64,000 nucleotides of DNA from Lama guanicoe (taxonomy: Eukaryota). The translations under genes and the position numbers were made by a program. Shown piece by piece: positions 13,711 through 24,280 of the stretch (position 1 is its first letter; each line of letters opens with the position of its first letter). The stretch is taken from the NCBI GenBank assembly GCA_013239625.1, contig MU053652.1:434001-498000 (forward strand), read 5' to 3'. The notes under the pieces were generated by a model. It saw only the letters and a list, made by a program, of their open reading frames with translations, made no database searches and was not told the DNA's origin.

Positions 13711-14569
13711 TATCTTCCCTGATGGCCCCATAAGATAGTGCTTCAATGATCTAGCAAATTAAACTAGATAAATTTTCCACTTATCCAATAGAAATTAACT
13801 GTTGGATAAATTCAATAGAACATATGATTTATGAATCCCTGTCTATACATGTAACCACTGTGACTCTCCAGCTAATTGACCATGTGTCTTTTTGTCTCCT
13901 CAGTAGAGGATGCCTACAGGAGAAGACAGATGGAGGGTGAAGCTGCTGGCAAAGCCAGGAAACACAAATGAACAGTCGGAGGTCAAAGGCAAAAACAGAG
14001 GCAAGCCGAATTTACTTTTGTAAGTAATACACTTCCAGCACTTCCTTATTCTCTGCAATTCAAACAACCCGTAACACACAAAAATCACAAAAACTTCCCT
14101 AGCACAGAGAGTGAAAAATCCCTAAATTTTTACATTTGCAGTGTTCATCTAAGACTTGCTTTATTTAAACATAAGACACGTGAATAACTCCCTCTGCACA
14201 TCCTACCACAGTATACTTTCAAACATGCTTTGAAATGAATGAGCAATTCTGGTATTTCAAGTTTGGTAAAATGTCATTAAACTTCTTCTATCAGGTAAGG
14301 AAACAACTCAAATGATAAGGAAGAGAAGCCAAGGACTTCCTAATCCAGAAAGTAGAAAGCATGTCCAAGAATCACCAAAATAGAATTTTTAGAAGAAAAT
14401 AAATACAGCACTTCTGATGAATAATTGGTAAAAAAAAACTGTCTCAGAAGGAAGTGGAGATCACAGAGCAGACAGACTAATCACGCACAATGCGGAGCGC
14501 TGAAAGAACGCGAAGTAGAGAAATGGAGAAGAAAAGAAGTTGAAGCAGAGTTAAATGTCTTTTTGGCTT

Positions 14570-14705
14570 AATGAAAAGATCAATTTCCCAGCTCTGTCAC
14601 TAGTTAAGCACAGTTCACACTTTTATGCTTGTTTTTCCATCTGTAAAATGGGAATAAAGAGGCTAGCTTTCTAATTACCTTGGAACGTGGCTGTGGGGAT
14701 TAACC
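14570..14705 (+). mobile_element. MIR fragment
   Basis: 'tcccagctctgtcactag…ttccatctgtaaaatgggaataa'. Confidence 0.65.
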
Positions 14706-15246
14706 AATGGAAGACTAGAGTAGAAGTCACAAATGTTTACTGCTAGAGAGTTTCTGCTGGGGACACAGAGGAAGAGAGAAAAAAAAAGGTAAAGGGAAGA
14801 AAATTTTTACATGGATAAGGTAACTTCAGAGCTTCTTTGGTACCCCTGGACCGCTCATTTCAATAAAGACAGGAGAGATGCCCAGCGAACCTCAGAAAGT
14901 GACATACATTCATCAGAGATGAGCTGTGATAAGCAGACCTGATCACGCTCCCCACCGGCTCAGAAAACACTAATGATGGAGAGAGTGCAGGCTGCCACTG
15001 GTGATAAAGAGCCAGCTAAACACTCGATTAGGTTTTCATTTTGTGAATTAATGTCCTTCATGGCATGTGTACACTAACCAGTAATGAACTGTCTCCTTAG
15101 AACTGCCTGGGGTAGTCGTCCTGGCCTCTGCAAGAAGGTGTACATCTCACATGGAAATTACAGCAACTTTTAAGCAGGCAATCACTCCTTTAAAAACAGT
15201 TTGCTTTCAATTAGTTTCTGCAAACATCCTGCCTCGAGAAAATGTC

Positions 15247-15287
15247 TCCTTCCTTCCCTCCTTTCTTCCCTCCCTCCCTCCTTTCTC
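15247..15287. repeat. (CCTT/CCCT)n low-complexity tract
   Basis: 'ccttccttccctcctttcttccctccctccctcctttctc'. Confidence 0.75.
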
Positions 15288-16940
15288 TGGCTTTCTATCT
15301 TGTAAAAATTACAGAAAAAAAGAGGCAAAACAATCCTCTATAAGATTTTATAGATAGATATGTCTGATTTATATAACAGCTCAGATACGAGCTGGGAATA
15401 TTTTTTTTAAAAACCAACAGCTCTGAAGCCCTATTCGTCCTCTCTAACAATAAAGAGAAATCATCCTTTTACTAGTCAAGTCTTGCACATTAACCCTGAG
15501 GAGACTTCTCCATTTGCCAAGGTCCTCTACACCATATCTCCGCTGCAGAATTAGGAAGTTGGGCCTGGGCCTCGGAGGCACATCATCGGATTTAATTTCT
15601 TTGGGGTCTGTAACCACCGTAGCTCACAGAGGACGGCACAGTGAGGTCCCAGGTTCTCACTGCAGCCTTTAACCAGCCTCTCCATGGGTTCTTTCTCTAG
15701 AAGACATTTCTTAAGAAAGACGGGTCTGGGGAAGGCCACTGAGAAACTGGAGGCTTCCGGTGCTGGCTGTTTGCTCTGTTGCTGACAGCCTTGAACCAGT
15801 AAAGTGTTTACTGATAAAACTAACTTATAAAAGTTGGAGATAAAAATATGGTTGTTTTCTTCAACTTAACTGGCTCTTTCTTTTAACAGAAAAAGTTACT
15901 ATCAGGAAGACTGTTACATTCTGACATAAAGAACCAGACAAGGAGCGAGAGGCCTGATTTCTATGGCTGGTTCTTTGACTGATTTTTCTAAGAGAGTTGT
16001 GAACTTACTTTCTTCCCCGAAGATTTATATAGTGCCTATTTTCCTAAGAACTAGAAGTTCTTTCTCACATATTCCCTAATATTAGCCTTGCAGATTTTAA
16101 TTAAAAAGATTTCACAGGGGCATGCATACATAATAAAAACAATCTCATAAAATATATAAGACAAGTTGCTATTTCCAAACTTAACATTCCTCACATTCAT
16201 CCCTTTAAGTTGAAATACCCCTTTCTTCTTTTCTCCATAATCTTCAATATTTCCTAGGTGACTGTGTTAAAAATAAAACAAAAACCTCTGCATTCCTTTC
16301 ACCATGTGTCTACATTCATGTCTTATGTAGATAATGGCCCCACTAGACCATAAGGCCCCAGATGGCCCGGCCCCCGGAGTGCCTGCTCACCTCTGAACAC
16401 CTCTGCCTCCCCTCCGCCTGGGCACAGGGCAGACTCAATGACTAAAGGCTTGGTGCCAATTTCCTCCTCTTCTTTCCCTTCCTGGGAATCCTCATCTCCT
16501 CTTTTTTGGCACACTAATATCATGGATTCACATCTAATAATTTAAGTATAAAATCAGTCTTTTCCCCAAATCCTTGACACTCATTATCCCACACTTTGGT
16601 GCCCATGGCATCTATTATTTGTCACTTTCTTTTCACTCTTGGCCTTACTTGTTAAAAATGCTCTGAGCGCTGGTATTTCTTTTGTCCCTGGGCGGTCTCT
16701 AGTCTAAAGAGAATTTCTTAAGAGTTCAAAATTCCTGTGTCTCACTGGGGAATGTATTTTGTAGTCTATTATATCACAACGGTACTTAACTGAAGATGAT
16801 GGTTTCCTTCTTGGTCAATTACCATTCATTAAACACTCAGAATGTACTCTATAATGTCCTTTAAAACTGAAAGGCATTCACAGAGTTTGTTTTTAAAAGA
16901 ATATCTGACCTCTTTAAATATTAAAGACCCCTCCATCCCA

Positions 16941-17656
16941 GAATGTAGTCTGGTGCAGTCATTATGGAAAACAGTACGGAGACTCCTTTAAAAACTAAGA
17001 ATAGGCTTACCTTTTGATCCAGAAATCCCACTCCTGGGCGTATATACAAAGGAAACTCGCATTCAAAAAGATACATGCACCCCCAGGTTCATAGCAGCAC
17101 TATTTACAGTAGTCAAGACATGGAAGCAACCTAAATGTCCATCTACAGATGAATGGATAAGGAAATTGTGGTATATATAATGGAATACTACTCAGCCATA
17201 AAAAGACTAAAATAATGCCATTTGCACCAACATGGATGCAAATGGAGATCGTCATACTAAGTGAAGTAAGCCAGAAAGAGAAAGAAAATACCATATGCTA
17301 TCACTCAGATGTAGAATCTAAACAAAAAGACACAAATGAACTTATTTACAAAACAGAAACAGACTCACAGCCATAAAAAACAAACTTATGGTTACCAAGG
17401 TGTAAACAGGGTGGGAAGGGATAAATTCAGAGTTTGAGAATTACAGATACTAAATACTATATATAAGATAGATAAACAAGTTTATACTGTATAGCACAGG
17501 GAACTATATTCAGTATCTTGTAATAACCTATAATGAAAAAGAATACGAAACAAATATATGCATGTATACATATGATTGAAATATTATGCTGTACACCAGA
17601 AATTGACACAACACGGTAAACTGACTATACTTCAATTTAAAAAATAACAAAAAAAT
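16941..17656 (+). mobile_element. Relatively young L1 3' end, 5'-truncated
   Basis: ORF2 end and 3' UTR ('aagacatggaagcaacctaaatgtccat', 'atagcacagggaactatattcagtatc'), A-rich tail, degenerate TSD aaagacccc(tccatccca/cccccca) at 16923-16940 and 17657-17672. Confidence 0.9.
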
Positions 17657-18819
17657 AAAGACCCCCCCCCCAAAATGGGAGCCCCATGACAAGGTTCTGT
17701 GATATCTGATGCAGGGGAGTGAGACAAGGCACAAATGCAGGAAGTGATTAGCTGGTAAAGTGGAGGAACCATGGGAAGTAGCCACAGGCTGCGATGCTCC
17801 CTCCTCACGGAACCATCTCCTTGTTTGTATCATGCCTGCTACCCGAGCGTCTCCGAGCCATCCCTGCACATACAGCATGTGAAAACATATTGAAAGCCTC
17901 TTTGGATCACAATACATCTGTTCTAAGAGGCTGAATGAGAGATGCCAGGGGAACATTAACTCAGAATTTCCTAACTCAAGTGCAATTAAAATCTCAGCCA
18001 CAGTACGGAATTAATGTAGCCCTTTGCATTTTAAATACATATTTTAATTAAATGACACCCATCTGTAGAATATGAGACTGCATTTTTATTGAGGATTTCA
18101 AATGATATAATCTGTTCCTATGAAGCGTAAATGGATTGGTTCATGTTTCCAGAAACCTCCAAAGAATTATATAGATCTGGCATAAGCACATGTGGTGACA
18201 CTCCACTTTGCTTAAATTTAAATCTGTTTAACTTGCATGGTAAATGTTGTTGGTGTGATAAGATTTAGATTGTGTATGAAAGTGACAGAAAATAAGAGCA
18301 CAGCCCTTTAAATACCTTGGATCATTTCTCCGGAGAGTCTGTCAGAGGAGACACAGGGTCAAGGACGATGCATCTCTGTTCCGGCTAGAGCTGTGTAGTC
18401 ATGGTGATAGTCTTTTAACTCATTTAACCTAATGAGAAGTTTCATCTAAGGTGAAAGATATGTTAATGACTCTAACTACTAAATTATAGACAGGACAGCT
18501 ACCTGGGAGCCACACCAACAGTTTTGACAGAAATGATTTTGGGGAGATGTAAAGTTTCTCAGGAAACTGAACCTCACTAAGAAGAGGTAGAAAGCAAAGG
18601 CGTCTTTTTCTCTCTAGATTATCTGCTCCAGGTGGTCTTTTCCACCTGTATTTCCACATGAAATACATTCTTCAAGAAGATGAAGCCCTAGAGGGGGTAG
18701 GGGATGACGTGGGTTCTAGACCTGGTTGTGGCGCCACGTTGACAGGTGACCTCACGAGAGTCAGACACTTGTCCCTTCGCTTTCTTGTCTATAAACTGCA
18801 GGAAGATGGCAAAGCGGTG

Positions 18820-19040
18820 TTGAGATGAAGAGTGTGGGCACTCGAGTCCGACCACACAGATTTAAATCCTGCCTCTACCACTCTCTTTAACCTCTCTCAG
18901 CCCCCACTTTCTCCTGTAAGCAGTAAGGATAACCACCACCTCCATCACAGGTGGCAACGAGGACTAGCTAAGGTAGCACAGTGGAGACCTTAGACCAGGC
19001 CCCGCCTCATTCTCAGCTGGTGTTCAGTAAACGTCAGACA
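18820..19040 (+). mobile_element. MIR SINE
   Basis: 'tttaaatcctgcctctaccact…cctctctcagcccccactttctcctgtaa'. Confidence 0.6.
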
Positions 19041-19172
19041 TAACTGCAAGCCAGAGAGTCAGGCGTCACCCTTGGGAAATCTGGGAGGCCAGTCCTGTGT
19101 GCTTTTAGGCAAGTTGCTCCATCTTGTGAACCTTATTTTTGTCATCTGAACAATGGGGACAATAATGCTTAC

Positions 19173-19655
19173 TGCATCTGTCTCCTATTGTTACTGTGAC
19201 CAGTTACTACAAATGCAGTAGTTTAAAACAACTCAGATTTATTATCTCATAGTTCTTGAGATCAGAAATCCAATACAGGTCTCATTGGGCTAAACCTGAG
19301 GTGTCAGAGGCTCTGGGGTGAATCCATTTCCTTGCTTTTGCGAGCTTCTAGGGGCTGTCCATACTCCTTGGCTTGTGGCCTCCTCTCCCCATCTTGAAAG
19401 CCAGCAGTGGAGGACTGAGTCTTTCTCATACTGCATCACTCTGCCCTACTCATCTGCTTCCCTCTTCCACTTTTAAGGACCCTTGCAATTACACTGGGCC
19501 CACTTGGATTATCCAGGATAATTTCCTTTACCTTAAGGTGAGCTGACAAGCAACCCTAAGTCTATCTGCAACCTTAATTCTTCTTTGCCAAGCATCTTTA
19601 CAGGTTCTGGGGATTAAGACATCGACATCTCTAGAGGGTGATTATGCCTACCACG
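19173..19655 (-). mobile_element. MaLR solo LTR (MLT1C/D-like), inserted into a MIR
   Basis: Starts TG and ends 'cctaccacg'; 5-bp TSD cttac at 19168-19172 and 19656-19660; motifs 'ttaaaacaactcagatttattatctcatagttct', 'caggttctggggattaagacat'. MIR halves at about 19080-19170 and 19660-19770. Confidence 0.9.
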
Positions 19656-20809
19656 CTTACTCTTACAGCATTATGAAAGTTAGAAATAATAGAAATAAAT
19701 ACTCTAAAACCCTCAGTATAGTGGCTTGTGTATAATAAATTCTCAATAAATGGCAGTGTTCATTATTGAGGCTGACTAGTGATCAAGGTCCCATCCATTT
19801 TGGAAGTTCTGTAATCTTGTTATCACATTGTTAAATGCTTTGCTAATAGTTTCATGTTTTGATCATAAAAAAACTAGGCTCCCAGGTCTGATCATACATC
19901 CATGAACATCTCTCTGTTAATAGCCAGAATATTACAACAGCATAATATCTGGCTCTCTGGTTAATCTGTTGGTAGCAATTTGTGGTAAATTAAATCTTCT
20001 AGCATGATTATTATATCCTGTAAGGATTTGCCTCAAAAACTCTGTCAATCCTGTCAAATAGGTTGTGGAAATATATTAACAACAGTGAATTATTTATAAC
20101 ATTACTTCTGGGGTTACAACATTATATCTCCAAATATTAAACATATTTGAATTATTTTACCAATTTTTCTCATATGTATTTATTTGTACACGCATGTCTA
20201 TATAATATAAGGGCTTAAAATTTTTCATTGTACCTAAAAAAACCAGCTAAGTCAAATTATCAGGGTTCTACTATTTCTCATGGAATTACTGCTGATGAAC
20301 AGAATCCAGCTCCATCTACTCTATGTTAGGCATTCTATTAATTTTAGCGATGTAGTTAGTAGTCCTTATGAAACTAGGAAGCATCTTGATAAAGACAATG
20401 CATCCATGAGCAAGGCAGACTGTTGAACAGGCCACTTGGGATCTTATTAAATATTGGATAGCAGAGCTTAAATTATCTCACCCAAGCCCAAACAAAGAAA
20501 TTTTTCTGGAAAGATCTGGGTTTGGTGGAGAGTACCAAGAACAAGGGTAGATTACATAGGTACTTTTGTCATAAATTTCCCAGGAGAAATTGTGAAAGCC
20601 CAGATTCCAAATGACATTTGGAAGGTCTGTTTTTCTCTAGCTTTTGGATCTCAGGAAGATTGAACGAAACTTTGTGGACAATAGGCTCTTCTTTGATTGG
20701 GTCTACCTAATATGCTCATATAGTGGTGTAAATTATTCATCAGAATTGATTAAAACTGAAAAATGAGGACCCAGCGAGGACTTTTGCCGCTGTAATCATT
20801 TTTCAGTTC

Positions 20810-22420
20810 ACTTTTTATTTTAATGAAATCTAGATATGCACATAGATTAAAGAGCCAAGTGGTTTTTATAAACTTTCTCATCAGGCCATAACTTTCAGCT
20901 CTTAGTTGATTTCCTTGGTGCTTATCCCTGTATCATTAAAGAATTCGCCTATTTTGCCACTTCTTGACTTTTCATGTTTAGGTGTTTATTTGTGGCTCTC
21001 CGACTACGAAAAATGAGGATTTAACTCCCTCCACAGACGCACTGTCTTCCCATTGCTTTCTCACCACAGTTGTCTCATAACAGAGCTTAGATCAGTATTT
21101 TGTGTTTATGTTGTTATGACTCAACAAATGCTACTGACGTCCACAGTCACATACAATTGTGCATTCTCCCTGCAACCCCCCGTACCCTGCAAAACAGGTT
21201 TGTTTCCTCTATTTTCGTCCACCTTGCTGGATACTCTGGGCTCTTTCAACTTAAAAATTCATATTTTTTTTGTTTTAGGAACTTTTCTTAATTTTTCTTT
21301 GATGAGTCTCTTTCCTTTATTTCTTCTTTCTCTCCGTGGCCCTATTATTCAGTTGTTGGACACAATGGATTGCTCCAGAGGGTCCTTTTCTTTAGTATTT
21401 TTCTTATTTTCTATTTGTTTATGTTCTATCTTTTTTTGGATATTTATTCAGCTTTGTCTTCTAACCTTCATTCTGTGGTTTTTATTTTAAAACTTATTTT
21501 TTTTTAATACCAGGAGTTCTTTTTTGTCTTCTGAGTTCCCTTTAACATAGTGCACTATTCTTACTTCATGGATGCAATATCTTCTCTTACTTCTTCAAGG
21601 GATATTAACTATAGTTTTTTTCTTTTTTAAGTGCTTTTTTCTTTCTGGAGAATCCTTATTCCAAGTTACTTTTCCTGTATATTTTGGTCTCTGTGTTGCA
21701 TATGGTCTCCCCCAATGTCTACTGTCCTTGACTGCTCATATTTAAGTGGGGCTGACTGAAGTCTGGTGTCTGTGAGGAAGGAGCTTACACACTGAACTCA
21801 TCATTATAGGTGAGCTGGCTGGTCTGTTTCATTGGGGAACAACAGATGTCAGTGTCTTTGGTTTTTGGTTTTTTTCTTTTGGGCTGAACAGATTCCTCAG
21901 AGAAGACTGTCCAGTCTCTTGTCTGAAGTTATATACCTGGCTGCCAGCCAACTGAAGAAGGAAGGCAGGTCTCAACAGTCATTAATGTGAACTTAGAATT
22001 AACTGCCCTAATGTCAGGATGGTAGCCCCACACTTAATATGTCTTATGTCTTGCAGCCCAAGGAACTTCTATTTTACCATTTTTAGAGAACAGATCTCCA
22101 GGGCTCTGTTGTGATTTTGATAGGAACAATCCCACAGCTATGTGAAAAAGGGGGGAAAATCTGAGGGTAAATGTCTCATAAACAGACTGTCAACAAGTCT
22201 TCCTGTTTTCAGCCCCTATCTTTCAGAGGTAGACAGCCATGCCATTTTTTTTAATGTAAGTTGAATAATTTCTCGGTGTCCCCACTACTGGTACAGAAAT
22301 TAACTTTCTTGAATTTTCTCTTCTGTTTTCTTTGTTCCTGTGGACTTAAACCTTTAAAATTCCTTTTTGTTTTGTTCAGTGGGGTTGATGGTGGAAGCAC
22401 TGATAAATGTATAGGTTCAT
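20810..22420 (-). mobile_element. HAL1 (half-L1)-like or ancient L1M ORF1-region element
   Basis: T-rich decayed ORF1-like antisense sequence ('cctattattcagttgttggacacaatggattg') and HAL1-like end 'actttcagctcttagttgatttccttggtgc'. Confidence 0.6.
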
Positions 22421-23389
22421 ACAACATATTTCTTTATGATTACTTAACGTTCATGCTAAGTGACAAACTGTTGATCCTTATTAACTTTATGTTTATATTG
22501 CCACAAGGCTGGACCTGGGGTGTATTTTACTCAAAATGGCATTCTTCTGTTCTCTCAATCTATAGATTCATCAGCTTACTGAATATCCCTCCTAAATTCT
22601 ATGCCAGTCTCCTCCTCGGCAAGTTACATGCCTTGGTATATCAAAGCAATATTCTAGGTAAGAAAAAGGCAGGCTTCAGGCATCATAATTAATCACTGTT
22701 TATCCCTCCTATTTCAATGTCATGGGAAGAAATCTGCCAGGAACAACATAAAAGATGGAGTTGGCAGCTTTTACTGACCTTTCAAGTCCTCTGACTCTGT
22801 GGACATGAACAACTCACAGCTAAGTCTACGAGCTGAGTTCAACACTCATCTCCAGTTACTGGCCTAAAATTTAAGAAGGGGCTCTGGTTAAAGTAAAAGG
22901 TGGAAAGCCTAGAACTCTGCCTGCTCAGAACCCCTCTAATCTGTCTGAAAACCACCGCTCCATGGCAAAAAAAAAGGGGGGGTGGGGGGTCTAAGTGGAC
23001 AGTCCATTAGTCTACTGGAGAGAACCTGGTATGGTTTTTTTCAGAAGGGTTTTGACCTGCCCACAGTGCCTACTTTAGCCCAATGACAGAGAGGTTTTCT
23101 TAACTGGCTCTCAAAATGTTTACTGGATTTCTGCCACAATACTGCCCTAGTGAGAGAGGCTGTTCTTGTTTATATTATAGCACTGGCTTTGGTCCACATC
23201 ACATTATTTAAGGTACAATCTCATGGGAAGTGAATGTTAGATATCAAAACTAGGGGAGCTATTGGGACTGTAGGGCCAGTGGGCGGGCAGGCAAGTTCTG
23301 AGACTGCAGCACAGGGGCTGTGTTCTTGGAGTCATTCAGGTTATTTCCCCCCTGGAATAATATTATTAACAGAAGTTAAGGTTGATTAG

Positions 23390-24125
23390 TTTGTCCATTT
23401 ATTTGCTAATTGATATATCCACATTTTTTTGAGCCTCTTCTATGTACTAGTTGGTAGTGTAAAGAGGAAAGAAACCAAGCACATACATTCAAGGTGCCGA
23501 CAGTTTGGTTGAAAAGGCAGATAAAGAAATAGATAAATGGCATAATACAGTATGTAAAATGCTAGAGATGGCTGGTGGGCATTTTTAGAAATAAGATAAA
23601 GATTACTTAATTCAGTCTGAGAAGGCCCAAAAGAGTTTCTTGAAGTGGTGAGGCCTAAGCCGAATTTTCAAGGAGGAAGAGGAATTAACCTGGTGAAAGA
23701 AAAAGAGAAGGTAGGAGAAAGAGTAATCAGAGGGAACAGCTTGAAGAAAGGCAAAAAGGTGATAACGGCAAGGCACTGCAGGAGAACTAGCGGCAGTTCA
23801 ATGCCCGTAAAACCTTCTAGATTGTGAAGAACTTTCTATGTCAAGTTAAGGATCTTGGACATCGCCCATGAGATGATGAGAAGCCACTGTAGCAAGTTAC
23901 GTGGGCAGATTTGCACTTAGACAGATCACTGTGGTATGGCAGTTGTATCAGAGGAGGAAAAGAAGAATGAAAACAGGCCAATCAGTAAGAGGCTACTGAG
24001 ATAATTCAGGTGAGAAGCAATGAAGGTGTGAAGATGTGAATGAAGGCAGTGACAGCAGGGATGAAGAAGAGAGGACAGATGTATAAATATATATTTAGAA
24101 AGTAAAATTAGAGGATCTTCATTGC
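23390..24125 (-). mobile_element. L2 LINE 3' region
   Basis: 'ttttgagcctcttctatgtactag', 'gaggctactgagataattcaggtgaga', purine-rich body. Confidence 0.75.
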
Positions 24126-24139
24126 AACTATCAGAAATA

Positions 24140-24280
24140 GACATTATTATACCTATTCTGTAGATGAGAAACCTGAGACTCAGAGAGATTAAAAATCACC
24201 TCCTGTATCTTATAACCAGAAATAACAGTGTCTCTGTGGGAGAACCGCATTCTGAGCTTCTTAGCAGTCAATTTACAAAA
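24140..24280 (-). mobile_element. MIR fragment
   Basis: 'tattatacctattctgtagatgagaaacctgagactcagagagattaa'. Confidence 0.75.
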
